A stretch of 64,000 nt of DNA from an uncultured Desulfarculus sp. (GCA_963665125.2 CAXXUK010000001.1:2272001-2336000), one strand, 5' to 3'. Shown: positions 9,609 through 19,375, counted from the first letter of the stretch. Program-made: numbers and translations. The notes: a model not told the origin generated them from the sequence alone.

Positions 9609-10541
9609 CTAATCCAATTCCACCCACTGCCCGTCAAAGGCCGCGAAAGCCGTGCAGTCAAGCCCGGCCCGGCCCAGGACGTCTTCAATGGTTTGTTGCC
9701 AAGACTCCTGATCCAGGGGTATGGGCAACATCTTGCCGTCGGGCTCGCACAAGGGCTCCTTTGCGGCCCTTTGCTTGATGGTGGCGTTGCCGATATCATC
9801 GTCGGGCCTGATGTCCTGACAGGTGAAGTGGACAAAATAGACGCTGCCGGGCTTCCAATGCTGCAACAGCGGCACGGCGGCCTGAAGGCTCAGGTGATTG
9901 GCCCGGTTCTCGGCAGGTTCGTTTAAAAACGCGCACTGACAGACGAGATGGTCAATGCCGCTGAAGGCGTCGGGGTCTTCCGTGCGCACCAGGTCGCCGG
10001 TGTAGCCCACCCGCAGGCTGCCCAGGGTCGTGGTCAGGTCAAACACGTAGCCCACCGATCCCTTGGGAAACGGGCCATGATCGGTCTTTACCGGGCGGCA
10101 GACGAGGTCCGGGCCGAACGGAGGGCCCTGCAAGGGCTCGCCAGGCACGCAAACGCGCTTTTCCAGAGTATGGGGAATAAGATAGCCGAAGCGCTCCTCG
10201 ACGAACTTCCAGGTGTCGGCGGTGGCGTACACCGGAATTGGGCTCCAGCCTTCTCCCGGCACGGCCCGGCGAAAACAGAGCAATTCGTCGAGGCCCAGAA
10301 AATGGTCGCCATGTTCGTGGCTGATGAGCACCGCGTCCGGCTTTGGCAGGTCCTCGCGCATCAATTGGGCCCGCAGGTCCGGTCCGGGATCAATCAATAT
10401 CCCGGCCTGCGGCGTTTGAAACCAAAGGCAGGTTCGGGTGCGCGTCTGGCCCTTGGCGCGCATTGTCCGGCAAGTGGCGCAGGGGCAGGTGTGCTCAGGC
10501 AGACCCCAGGCCCCCCCGGTGCCTAAAAATCGCAGTTCCAT
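9609..10541 (-). CDS. MBL-fold metallohydrolase, PhnP-like
   Basis: FLGTGGAWGLP..CPCATC, ILIDPGPD, SHEHGDH, YTGD. Confidence 0.88.
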   Translation of the reverse strand: MELRFLGTGGAWGLPEHTCPCATCRTMRAKGQTRTRTCLWFQTPQAGILIDPGPDLRAQLMREDLPKPDAVLISHEHGDHFLGLDELLCFRRAVPGEGWSPIPVYATADTWKFVEERFGYLIPHTLEKRVCVPGEPLQGPPFGPDLVCRPVKTDHGPFPKGSVGYVFDLTTTLGSLRVGYTGDLVRTEDPDAFSGIDHLVCQCAFLNEPAENRANHLSLQAAVPLLQHWKPGSVYFVHFTCQDIRPDDDIGNATIKQRAAKEPLCEPDGKMLPIPLDQESWQQTIEDVLGRAGLDCTAFAAFDGQWVELD

Positions 10542-10825
10542 ACAGCATTCTCCCAGGATCATTCTTGCAGCATTTCAAAAAGGCATACCACATTATTCCC
10601 GTCATGCACCAGCGGGAAGGGGAATCCATGACGACCGGCCTTGCCGATAGCCCGCGCCGGTATTATTTTTCTAACAACGGCAGGTACGGACTGGCCCGTT
10701 ACAACAGCGGTGAGGCGATCAGGTACGTATTCGTGGTATAATTCCCTGGTGAAGTATTGAGAATGGGCGTTACGGCATTGTCCCGGGTAAGGACAATTAT
10801 CCGCAACGCCAAAAAGAGCGAACAA

Positions 10826-11497
10826 GTGACTGAGCAAAACGGCATATTTACAACCCGTCTGCTTCGGGTGGGGCACGCATTGATGGAGGCCCTGGAGCCC
10901 CATGAGATCATCAGGGCTCCCCTGAACTCCGGAAGGCCGGCCAGCGTGCTGATGCCTCTTTGGGATGACGGCGACGACATCCAGGTGGTTTTCACCAAGC
11001 GCAGTTCCGACCTGCCCACCCACGCGGGCCAGGTTTCCTTTCCCGGCGGCATGGCCGAACGCACCGATGCCGGGCTGAGTTGCACGGCCCTGCGCGAAAC
11101 CCAGGAAGAAATCGGCGTGCCCCCGGAAAAGATAGCGGTGCTGCGCAGGCTGGACCAGCTCAAAACCATCACCGGCTTTGTGGTCACGCCATATCTGGGT
11201 CTGTTGGCCTCTGACATCTCCTTTAGGGTCAACAAGGTCGAGGTCGACCATCTGTTGATGGTGCCCCTGAAAAAGGTCCTGGATCGCAGCGCTTATCAAG
11301 AGGTCCAGGTCGACTGGGACGGCATGAAGCTCAGCCAGATGGGCCTGGCTCACGACGAAGATATAATTTGGGGCGCAACGTTCAGAATGCTCCAAAATTT
11401 CATAGAACGCCTGGATGGGCGGCTGGAAGAAATTCTTTCCGCCGCATATGGCCAAGAACTTCAAAAAGGTGTGGACAGGGTCGGCGGTGTGGTGTAG
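10826..11497 (+). CDS. Nudix hydrolase, CoA pyrophosphatase family
   Basis: FTKRS...HAGQVSFPGG, ALRETQEEIG, IWGAT; start uncertain (10757-10883). Confidence 0.9.
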   Translation: MTEQNGIFTTRLLRVGHALMEALEPHEIIRAPLNSGRPASVLMPLWDDGDDIQVVFTKRSSDLPTHAGQVSFPGGMAERTDAGLSCTALRETQEEIGVPPEKIAVLRRLDQLKTITGFVVTPYLGLLASDISFRVNKVEVDHLLMVPLKKVLDRSAYQEVQVDWDGMKLSQMGLAHDEDIIWGATFRMLQNFIERLDGRLEEILSAAYGQELQKGVDRVGGVV

Positions 11498-11510
11498 TTA
11501 AGACTGCTGT

Positions 11511-11587
11511 CGGGACGTGGCTCAGACTGGTAGAGCACTGCGTTCGGGACGCAGGGGTCGCGCGTTCAAATCGCGCCGTCCCGACCA
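11511..11587 (+). tRNA. tRNA-Pro (anticodon CGG)
   Basis: 77-nt cloverleaf CGGGACG...CGTCCCG-ACCA, anticodon arm CTGCG-TTCGGGA-CGCAG, GTTCAAAT T-loop. Confidence 0.97.
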
Positions 11588-11601
11588 CATACCCAACCCG
11601 C

Positions 11602-11636
11602 AAAGGCCATCCACACCAGGATGGCCTTTTGTTTTT
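11602..11636 (+). terminator. Rho-independent terminator after tRNA-Pro
   Basis: AAAGGCCATCC-N6-GGATGGCCTTT followed by TGTTTTT. Confidence 0.85.
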
Positions 11637-12242
11637 ATGGCAACGGTACGCTTGGGCAGCCACGTAAGATCCGCGACGAAACCAATTAGGTTGGCGGCGG
11701 TCATGGCTTTGTTTTTGGCATTCGCCGCCTTGGGCCTTTGCGCCGCCTGCTCCGACCAGAACCAACCGATCAATGCGCAGGCCAGGTTTCTGCGGGATTA
11801 TCTTGATGTCCGTCTTGATAACATCCTGTCTGCCTTGGAACCCAGCCTGGGCAACGGAAACCACGACCAACTCAACGCCTTGCTTGGCAAACTTCCCAAG
11901 AGTCAGCCGGAGTTGCCCCATCTGATCCTGGTGCTCAATGAAAACGAAACGGTTCTGGCGGCGCGGACGTTCCAAGGCCCCAACGGCAGCCTCAATCTCC
12001 AGCATCCGGTTGGCTATAATTACTCGAAATATGAGATGATTAACGGCAAGACCGCCGAAAAGGGCACATTTCTTTTTTGCATGTACAGCAATGAAGGCAA
12101 GCTGATGGTGGCCTGCCGTAGCGCATGGTCCGGCGTCAGCTACAGAGGCACGGTCTGCGTGGCCCTGCCGTGCTGGGGCCTTCCGGAGGACAGCCGCATC
12201 AGCGAACAACAATTCATCAATTTAAAATTCGACGACAAATAA
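11637..12242 (+). CDS. Hypothetical exported protein / possible lipoprotein
   Basis: Open frame with hydrophobic leader ending ...GLCAACSD; start 11637 or 11703. Confidence 0.6.
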   Translation: MATVRLGSHVRSATKPIRLAAVMALFLAFAALGLCAACSDQNQPINAQARFLRDYLDVRLDNILSALEPSLGNGNHDQLNALLGKLPKSQPELPHLILVLNENETVLAARTFQGPNGSLNLQHPVGYNYSKYEMINGKTAEKGTFLFCMYSNEGKLMVACRSAWSGVSYRGTVCVALPCWGLPEDSRISEQQFINLKFDDK

Positions 12243-12441
12243 CAAAACAGCCGACCCGGGTACCGCTCCTGGCGGCCTCCCTTTCATGGGCGTTCTTGCC
12301 GGCTGCAACGTCCCCACCTATCCGCTTGATTTACAACCAGTTAAGCCCGGCCGACCGGCTTGACATAAAATTTGCGCCATGTTTGAATTCTTGCGGATGT
12401 TAATATGGCCGTATTGATCTCACTTCCGCTGGAGCGAATCC

Positions 12442-14088
12442 TTGCGCATTAATCCCATACTCACAGCCCTTGCCCTGATAACGAGTGTCCTGTTTTTACC
12501 GGTCATCGCAGGCGCCGCCCAAGATCATCGTGACAAAACGCCCCAACAGATAGTGGATACTGCCAACGAAATCTTGCAAAACACCCAGCCGAACGGCTCC
12601 CTGTCGGCCCAGGCCTTGGCCGCGCGCTCCCTGGCCCGTGATGAACTGGGAGAATTCCAGCAGGCCCTGGACGACGCCCGCGCCGCGGTCAGGCAGGACC
12701 CCGCCTCGCCGTTGGCCTGGATAGCCAGGGCCAAGGCGGCCGCGCTGTTGGGAGGCTATGACCAGGCACTGCGGGACCTGAACAAAGCGGCCGGTTTGAA
12801 CCAAGGTTTTTTTGACAAGCATGGCGGCCCCTTGCTCAGGGCCGTCTGCCTGATTGTGCTGCGGCAAACCAACCGCCAGACCATTGAAGACCTTGAGAAG
12901 GCCTTGACCGAGTCCCCCCGTGACGCACGTGTTTGGTTGCTGCTGGGCAAGGCAAAGCTCGATCAGGGCGACGGCCCAGGCGCGTTCCTGGCCCTGGACA
13001 AGGCTATCGAGTTGGATCCAGACCTGGCCGAAGCCTATTTTTGGCGCGCCAGGGCCTGGGTGGAAAGGCACGACGGCACAACGGCCACCATCGAACGGGC
13101 AAAGTCCGATATCAACCGGTTTCTGGCCCTCAAGCCGGCCAATGGTCCTGGGCTGGCCCTACGGGGCTGTATTTTGGCGGCCATGGGCGGATACCGCGCC
13201 TTGATTCTGGATACGGAAAAGGCCTTGGATCTCATGGGAGGATCAGCCGACGAACACCGGTGGCTGTACAATCTGGAATACACCATCTGGAATATGAATA
13301 TGGAGGAAAAGCCTTTAATATCGTTGAACATTGCCGAAACAGCCGGTTTACTGAACCGGCCAGCACTGGCGCCCATAAACGAGGCCCTTTACTCCACTGC
13401 CTTCTTGTTTAACCCGAAAAATGACTTTGTGCTCACCCGCCTAGGCATTTCCCGCATGATCCAAGACCGGGTCCTGGTGGCTCTGGAAGATCTGAAAAAG
13501 GCCAGGGCCATGGGCCAGCGCACCGCCCTCAACGGACTGGCCCTGGCCCAGTCCATCCGCCTGGCCCATCCGCCCGGCCGCGACGCCTTGCCCGTTCTAA
13601 ATGAAGTGCTGGAAGATCAACCGGACAATGCCGACGCCATGATAATGCGGGCGAGGATCAACCAGGATCTGGGCATGCCCCAGGCGGCCGCGAACGATCT
13701 CGAGGAAGCCCTGCGGATTCAACCGGCCTCGGCAACTGCGGCCTTGTTGCTGGCCCGGCTTCAACAAAACCTTGGCCGCCCGGAAAAGGCCCTGGACGTG
13801 CTCGACGGCTCGGCGGCCATACACGGCCACCGGGGCGATATCCAAATGGCCCGAGGCCGGGTATTGCTGGAAAGGGGCAGATATCAGGACGCGTTGGAGG
13901 CCCTGGACATTGCCCTTGCCTGTCTGCCGGACTCGGCGGAGGCACTTCTGCTCAGAGCCAAGGCCCTGGCGAGCTTGGATCAAACCGGTTTGGCCCAAAA
14001 AGATCTGGCAAGAGCCATTGCCATTGAGCCGTCATATATTGAGGCACTGGATGAACTCGACAGAATAAAGGCAATGGGCAAACAGTAG
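12442..14088 (+). CDS. Tetratricopeptide repeat protein with signal peptide
   Basis: Many TPR-like units (e.g. ALDKAIELDPDLAEAYFWRA) and a hydrophobic N-terminus. Confidence 0.85.
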   Translation: MRINPILTALALITSVLFLPVIAGAAQDHRDKTPQQIVDTANEILQNTQPNGSLSAQALAARSLARDELGEFQQALDDARAAVRQDPASPLAWIARAKAAALLGGYDQALRDLNKAAGLNQGFFDKHGGPLLRAVCLIVLRQTNRQTIEDLEKALTESPRDARVWLLLGKAKLDQGDGPGAFLALDKAIELDPDLAEAYFWRARAWVERHDGTTATIERAKSDINRFLALKPANGPGLALRGCILAAMGGYRALILDTEKALDLMGGSADEHRWLYNLEYTIWNMNMEEKPLISLNIAETAGLLNRPALAPINEALYSTAFLFNPKNDFVLTRLGISRMIQDRVLVALEDLKKARAMGQRTALNGLALAQSIRLAHPPGRDALPVLNEVLEDQPDNADAMIMRARINQDLGMPQAAANDLEEALRIQPASATAALLLARLQQNLGRPEKALDVLDGSAAIHGHRGDIQMARGRVLLERGRYQDALEALDIALACLPDSAEALLLRAKALASLDQTGLAQKDLARAIAIEPSYIEALDELDRIKAMGKQ

Positions 14089-14096
14089 CTTTACTA

Positions 14097-14125
14097 TTGA
14101 CAACTTGCGAATAACTAATTAATAT
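14097..14125 (+). promoter_or_regulatory. Sigma-70 promoter of the divIVA operon
   Basis: TTGACA-N17-TAATAT. Confidence 0.7.
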
Positions 14126-14158
14126 AACGAAAGTTTTCAAATAATTCCCGAGGGGAAG

Positions 14159-14659
14159 ATGGAAAGCAAAAGCATAAGCCGTAAACAGTTCGCCAAGCGT
14201 TTCAGAGGCTGCGACCAGCAAGAGGTCACCGTGTACCTCAGGAGCGTGGCCGAATACGCCTCAGGCCTGGAAAAGCAGATCGAGTTGCTCAACTCAGAGC
14301 TTGAGGAAGCCAAACGTGAAGTGCGCGAATTGCGCTCCCGCGACCAGAGCTTCGAGGCGGCCCTTGCGCAAGCCCGTGAAATGTCTAGCGAAATAAAGCT
14401 AAATGCCGAGCGGGAAAGTAAACTTCTCATCTCTGAGGCCGAATTGCAGGCTGAAAAAATCCTCAATCAGGCCCACACCAGACTGGCCCAGATCCACGAC
14501 GACATCGCCGAACTCAAACGGCAGCGCACCCAGTTCGAGGTTCGCCTCCGCTCGCTGGTGGAAGCCCACCTCAAGCTTATGGACGTGGAATTGGACCGGG
14601 ACCGCGAGCTTTCGGAGCTGGAAGACAAGATCAAGATACTCCGGGGCCCGGCCAAATAG
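14159..14659 (+). CDS. DivIVA domain protein
   Basis: ISRKQFAKRFRGCDQQEVTVYL followed by a long coiled coil. Confidence 0.88.
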   Translation: MESKSISRKQFAKRFRGCDQQEVTVYLRSVAEYASGLEKQIELLNSELEEAKREVRELRSRDQSFEAALAQAREMSSEIKLNAERESKLLISEAELQAEKILNQAHTRLAQIHDDIAELKRQRTQFEVRLRSLVEAHLKLMDVELDRDRELSELEDKIKILRGPAK

Positions 14660-14665
14660 TTTTTC

Positions 14666-14953
14666 ATGTTGGACATTAAAAAAGAGCCCCACGGCATCAG
14701 CTTTGCCGTGAGGGTGACGCCAAGGTCTTCGCGCGATCTCGTTGCCGGAGAAGAAGGCGGAGTGCTCAAGATACGCCTCAACGCGCCGCCGGTCGACGGC
14801 AAGGCCAATGACGCGTTGATCCGTTTCGTGGCCAAGCAGCTGGGCTTGGCCCGCCGGGATGTCAATCTGGCCCAGGGGGAGAAATCCCGCAACAAGAGGC
14901 TTTGCGTCAGCGGAATCAGCGCCGACGAATTGCACAAACGGTTGGGGCTGTGA
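14666..14953 (+). CDS. DUF167 / YggU family protein
   Basis: VRVTPRS, APPVDGKANDALI, GEKSRNK. Confidence 0.93.
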   Translation: MLDIKKEPHGISFAVRVTPRSSRDLVAGEEGGVLKIRLNAPPVDGKANDALIRFVAKQLGLARRDVNLAQGEKSRNKRLCVSGISADELHKRLGL

Positions 14954-15930
14954 TTGGCCGTTGCCTTATTGCTCTCGTTTTGTGCGCCTGGCTGGCCCTG
15001 CCGCAAGCCGCCATGGCCGACTCCACCCAACAACTGGAAATCCATGGCGCCTCGCCCGAGCTAAAGGCATATATCAGCACAAGCGTTGAAAACACGTCCC
15101 CCCGGCTCCAGGCCTGGACCGGCCGCAAACCAACACGCATCGTCATCCACGTTCACGGCAGCCAGGCCTCCTTCGCCCGCCAGATGGATATCCTGGGCGC
15201 TCCGTCATGGGCCGACGGTCTGGCCCTGCCCCGTAGTGGCCAAATCCATATCAAGAGCCCCGCGCTCCTGGCCGGAGTGGCCGAGTTCGACCATGTTCTT
15301 TCCCACGAACTGATGCACCTTCACTTGGCCACCACCATGGGCGGCAGGTCCCTGCCCCTGTGGCTGGAGGAGGGGCTGGCGGTTCTTCTTTCGGGCGAAT
15401 CCGGCTGGCGACGGGGTTCGGCCATGGCCCGGGGCGTGCTCATGGGCCAACTGCCGTCCCTTGCGGAATTGGCGGACCATTTCCCGGCGGACCACGCCGA
15501 TGCCGCCGAGGCCTACGCAGTGTCATACTTTTTCGTGAGTTGGTTCCTGGAAAACTACGGCGACAAAGCAATGCGGGACGTCATCAGCGGTCTGGGTCAG
15601 GGGCTGACAACAACCGCGGCCTTCCGGCGAGCCACCGGGATTTCCCTGGCCAAGCTGGAAAAGCAGTTCAACGATGCCATGGAAGACCGGTTTTCCTGGT
15701 TCGGCCTGTTAGCCGACAGCGGGGTGTTTTGGAGCGTTATAGCTGTGCTTGCCGCCCTGGCTCTAATCATTGCATACAGGAGGCAAAAAAACCGGCGCAG
15801 GACCATGGACGGACCGGACCGGGAATTATTGCACGTACCGCCGGGCAGGGTCTGGCCCCCGCCTACAAGGCGCACGGACGTGCTTTCAGAAGCTGGCCAG
15901 CGTCACGACGACCACAGGCCCAGCCAATAA
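14950..15930 (+). CDS. Peptidase MA-family metalloprotease, membrane-anchored
   Basis: Signal peptide, HELMH...PLWLEEGLA zincin motif, C-terminal TM helix; GTG overlaps upstream stop. Confidence 0.85.
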   Translation: MIGRCLIALVLCAWLALPQAAMADSTQQLEIHGASPELKAYISTSVENTSPRLQAWTGRKPTRIVIHVHGSQASFARQMDILGAPSWADGLALPRSGQIHIKSPALLAGVAEFDHVLSHELMHLHLATTMGGRSLPLWLEEGLAVLLSGESGWRRGSAMARGVLMGQLPSLAELADHFPADHADAAEAYAVSYFFVSWFLENYGDKAMRDVISGLGQGLTTTAAFRRATGISLAKLEKQFNDAMEDRFSWFGLLADSGVFWSVIAVLAALALIIAYRRQKNRRRTMDGPDRELLHVPPGRVWPPPTRRTDVLSEAGQRHDDHRPSQ

Positions 15931-15931
15931 G

Positions 15932-16123
15932 CTATGCGCTATGGGGGAAAGGCAGACTCTCCAGTGAATCGTCAATAACCTGCTGCGAGTGGCCCTGCTC
16001 TCTGGCCGCGGCGCATTCGAAATGAAGAACGCAATGCGTCAGGCAAACCATGTCTTCACGGTCAAACTGCCCGAAGCAGCTGATTCGTCCTTCAAATTCG
16101 CTTACATCCAATCTGGTTGCCAA
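15932..16123 (-). CDS. Small 4-Cys hypothetical protein (63 aa)
   Basis: C-x10-C-x3-C-x5-C, AAGGA RBS, 21 nt after the mreB stop. Confidence 0.65.
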   Translation of the reverse strand: MATRLDVSEFEGRISCFGQFDREDMVCLTHCVLHFECAAAREQGHSQQVIDDSLESLPFPHSA

Positions 16124-16144
16124 TGCGTCTATCCTTGCTGGTAA

Positions 16145-17170
16145 TTAATTTAAAAACACCCGCCTAAAATGACGGAGGTTTTGCAACGCTACGCCCGCGC
16201 CCATGACCACCGTGGTCAGGGGATTGTTCGCGATATGCACGTCCATGGACAGTTCACGGGCCAACAACTGATCCAAGCCCCTTATCAGCGCGCCGCCGCC
16301 GGCCAGCACCAAACCCCGCTCGGCAACATCGGCCGCCAGCTCCGGCGGTGTTTTTTCAAATGCCCTGCGTACGCTCTCGGTGATGACCTGCACGGGCTCG
16401 GCCATGGCCCCCCGCACTTCGGAGTCGGTGAGGGTGATTGTCTTGGGGATGCCCTCCACCAAATCCTTGCCGCTGACATTCATTTGCAGCGGTTCGGGAA
16501 GCTCAAATGCTGAACCTATCTTAATTTTTATCTGTTCCGCGGTGTTTTCGCCAATCTGAAGCTGATATTTTTTTTGGACATAGCGCATTATGGCCTCGTT
16601 GGCCTCATCACCAGCCACGCGCACCGACTCGGAATACACCGTTGAATACATGGAAATAACGGCGACTTCGGTAGTGCCGCCGCCTATATCAACAACCATT
16701 GAACCCTGCGGTTCGCCTATGGGCAAATCCGCCCCGATGGCCGCGGCCATGGGTTCCTCAATTAAAAAAACGTCCCGGGCTCCGGACTGCTCGGCGCTTT
16801 CGATCACCGCCCTTTTCTCGACCTGGGTAACGCCGCTGGGCACGCCGATGAGCATGCGCGGCTTGACCAGACCGGCCATGGTGCGCACGGCAATGATGAA
16901 CTCCTTGATCATCACCCTGGTCATGTCAAAGTCGGCAATGACGCCGTCACGCAAGGGGCGCGAAGCGATTATGGACGGGCTGGTGCGGCCCAGGTATTCC
17001 TTGGCCTTGGCCCCCACGGCCACGGTCTTGCCGTTGTCGGCCCTCACCGCCACCACCGACGGCTCGTTGAGCACCACCCCCTTGCCCTTGATGAAAATCA
17101 AGGTGTTGGCCGTGCCCAGGTCCATGGCCATGTCTTTGGCAAAAAGCCCCATCAATTTATCAAATACCAT
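16145..17170 (-). CDS. mreB: MreB/Mbl-family actin homolog
   Basis: DLGTANT, EPSVVA, EEPMAAAIGA, DIGGGTTEVAVIS, GGGALIRGLD. Confidence 0.95.
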   Translation of the reverse strand: MVFDKLMGLFAKDMAMDLGTANTLIFIKGKGVVLNEPSVVAVRADNGKTVAVGAKAKEYLGRTSPSIIASRPLRDGVIADFDMTRVMIKEFIIAVRTMAGLVKPRMLIGVPSGVTQVEKRAVIESAEQSGARDVFLIEEPMAAAIGADLPIGEPQGSMVVDIGGGTTEVAVISMYSTVYSESVRVAGDEANEAIMRYVQKKYQLQIGENTAEQIKIKIGSAFELPEPLQMNVSGKDLVEGIPKTITLTDSEVRGAMAEPVQVITESVRRAFEKTPPELAADVAERGLVLAGGGALIRGLDQLLARELSMDVHIANNPLTTVVMGAGVALQNLRHFRRVFLN

Positions 17171-17209
17171 TGCGCCCTTTCCCTCTCCTCAGACCATCGG
17201 CGGCCGCTG

Positions 17210-18160
17210 TCAATCGAACTCCGTGCCGCAGTGTTCGATCGTCGCCGCCACCCTGTGACCGGCCAATTGCAGGGCCCGCAGTTCTTCCTCGTCCACCATG
17301 CGCTGGGTATTGCCGGCAAAGGCCCAAACGCCCGTCAGCCTGCGCCAAGCCAACAGCGGTACGCCCAAAAAGGCATTGTACCCTCTAACCTGCTCGTCAG
17401 GCGATACCAAATAGGATTTTCCCTTGAGCGGTTTGAGCCGGTTGTGGCAAAGCGGCTTTGCCTCCCGCAAAACCCAGCCGACCAGGCCCTGGCTAACCGG
17501 AAAGGAACGGCCCCGGAGTGTGCTCATGGCAGGACCGTCCACTGCCTCCACGGTAAACTGTCTGCGTCCCGGATGCAACAGGCATAGCATGCCCATTGAC
17601 AGTCCGCAGTAGCGCCTGCCCGCGTCCAACACCGCCCGGTTGAACTCCCTGGGGTCGCTGTAGTTAAGCGAGGCGTTTTCGATATCGTAGAGCAGGTCCA
17701 GGATACGGCCATACATGGCCTCGCGGCTGCACGTGTCTTGATGCCTAACCAGGTTGGCAAAAAACTTGGCGAAATCGCGGACCGTCTTTTTCTCGCGTTC
17801 GCCGAAAACCGCCCTTTTCTTGGTGTCGACCACCAGCACGCCGCTGTCGCCCACCGGCATGGCCAAGAAGGCCTTGATGCCCTCGTCTTCGCTGTAGAGC
17901 CCCGTGGCATCGGAGCTTTGCTGGTAGCGGTCCACGTCAACCGGAGCCCCGTGTTTGGCCACGTAGCCCACCAGCCCCTGGCCGGGTTTTATGGGCTCGT
18001 CGCTCTTGAAGCGTCGGCTGAGTGTGTGCCAGGCCACGGCCTTGAGTCCGTCTTCACCGGGCTGGGGTAAAAAAAGAGCCGCCGTAAAGGCCTCGGTGAT
18101 GTCGGCCAATAATTCGATGGCTTCTGTCAGTTCCCGGCGGGTATCCATTAACTGTTGCAC
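17210..18160 (-). CDS. Tandem GAF domain protein with no output domain
   Basis: Two GAF-like halves (PGQGLVGYVAK...AFLAMPV and SQGLVGWVLRE...AFLGVPL). Confidence 0.82.
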   Translation of the reverse strand: MQQLMDTRRELTEAIELLADITEAFTAALFLPQPGEDGLKAVAWHTLSRRFKSDEPIKPGQGLVGYVAKHGAPVDVDRYQQSSDATGLYSEDEGIKAFLAMPVGDSGVLVVDTKKRAVFGEREKKTVRDFAKFFANLVRHQDTCSREAMYGRILDLLYDIENASLNYSDPREFNRAVLDAGRRYCGLSMGMLCLLHPGRRQFTVEAVDGPAMSTLRGRSFPVSQGLVGWVLREAKPLCHNRLKPLKGKSYLVSPDEQVRGYNAFLGVPLLAWRRLTGVWAFAGNTQRMVDEEELRALQLAGHRVAATIEHCGTEFD

Positions 18161-18169
18161 TTCACCAGG

Positions 18170-18391
18170 CTATTTCTGTATGTCTCTACAAAAGTTGCTG
18201 TACGAACGGTCATATGAAGCCTCTCCGGCCTTGCTGAAAAAGCAGCCGGGAATCTGGCCCATACGCCTGTGATAAGCCACGCACTGGCAGCACAGCCCCG
18301 CCTTTTCGCAGGAACTGTAGGTGCAAGTGCATTGATCCAAATTGGCCTTGTAGTTGGGGCAGGCGTCTTTCATCTTTTTTATATCTGCCAC
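18170..18391 (-). CDS. DUF6485-like small Cys-rich protein
   Basis: CTCTY..C...GLCCQCVAYH...PGCFF...YDRS pattern. Confidence 0.8.
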   Translation of the reverse strand: MADIKKMKDACPNYKANLDQCTCTYSSCEKAGLCCQCVAYHRRMGQIPGCFFSKAGEASYDRSYSNFCRDIQK

Positions 18392-18559
18392 GGGAAATAC
18401 CTTCCGCGTTGCTTATAATTTTACTTGCAAACGCTTCCTAAAGCGTTAGTCTATTATTCCAATACCACTCTATATAGGTTGCCAATAGGTGTCAACCACA
18501 GAATAATGGGGTCCCACTCCATAGCTAATTTACTTACTCACTTTGGCCTCGGAGAGAAA

Positions 18560-19375
18560 ATGCCCGAACTGCCCGAAGTGGAATGCGTCCGCCAAACCCT
18601 TGAGCCGGCTGTTATCGGCCGAACCATTTCCGGGGTGGAGATCGCATATGAAAAGGCCGTCGAACCATCGGTGGCGGCATTCACCTCCGGAGTGACTGGC
18701 CGAACAATAACCGGCACCGGCCGCCACGGCAAGCTGCTGATCCTTAATCTGGACAACGGCGCGATCCTGGCCATCCATCTGCGCATGACCGGCCAGGTCA
18801 TCGTGGCCAGGCAAAGGCCCGAGGCCAACCACATCCACGTCCGCCTGCGCCTGGACAACGGCGTCAGCGTGTTTTACCGCGACATGCGCAAATTCGGACG
18901 CCTGACCTATTGCCCGGACCAAGCGGCCCTGGCGACCGGGCCCCTTGCCAACATGGGCCCCGACGCACTGGGCCTGGACCAAGACGATTTCTGCGACCTG
19001 GTGGGGGCCAAGGGCGGCAAGTTGAAAAACGTGATCCTGGACCAGCGTGTCTTGGCCGGGGTGGGCAACATCTATGCCGACGAATGCCTGCATCGGGCCT
19101 GCCTGTCTCCGGTGGCCTGCCCCAAGGACCTGCCCCGGGAAGACCTCCAGCGCCTGCACGGCCACCTCATCGAAACACTCCACGAAGCCCTTGAAAAAGG
19201 CGGCAGCAGCATCCGCAACTTCATGGACGCCGAAGGCCGGGCCGGCACTTTTCAGCACAGCCACCGGGTCTACCGCCGCACGGGCCAGCCTTGCCCGGTG
19301 TGTGGCGGCGAGATCCAGCGCATCGTCCTGGCCGGGCGCAGCACACATTACTGCCCCAGGTGCCAGAAAAGCTGA
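18560..19375 (+). CDS. mutM: Formamidopyrimidine-DNA glycosylase
   Basis: MPELPEVE, RHGK, HLRMTG, GVGNIYADE, C-terminal zinc finger. Confidence 0.96.
   Translation: MPELPEVECVRQTLEPAVIGRTISGVEIAYEKAVEPSVAAFTSGVTGRTITGTGRHGKLLILNLDNGAILAIHLRMTGQVIVARQRPEANHIHVRLRLDNGVSVFYRDMRKFGRLTYCPDQAALATGPLANMGPDALGLDQDDFCDLVGAKGGKLKNVILDQRVLAGVGNIYADECLHRACLSPVACPKDLPREDLQRLHGHLIETLHEALEKGGSSIRNFMDAEGRAGTFQHSHRVYRRTGQPCPVCGGEIQRIVLAGRSTHYCPRCQKS

Noticed and set aside
11517..11636. 5' extension of ORF 11517-12242
   Set aside because: It overlaps tRNA-Pro and its terminator, so the real start must be downstream.
11511..14088. Possible genomic island integrated at tRNA-Pro
   Set aside because: No integrase, and I found no duplicated tRNA 3' end downstream. 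The genes beyond are ordinary chromosomal ones.
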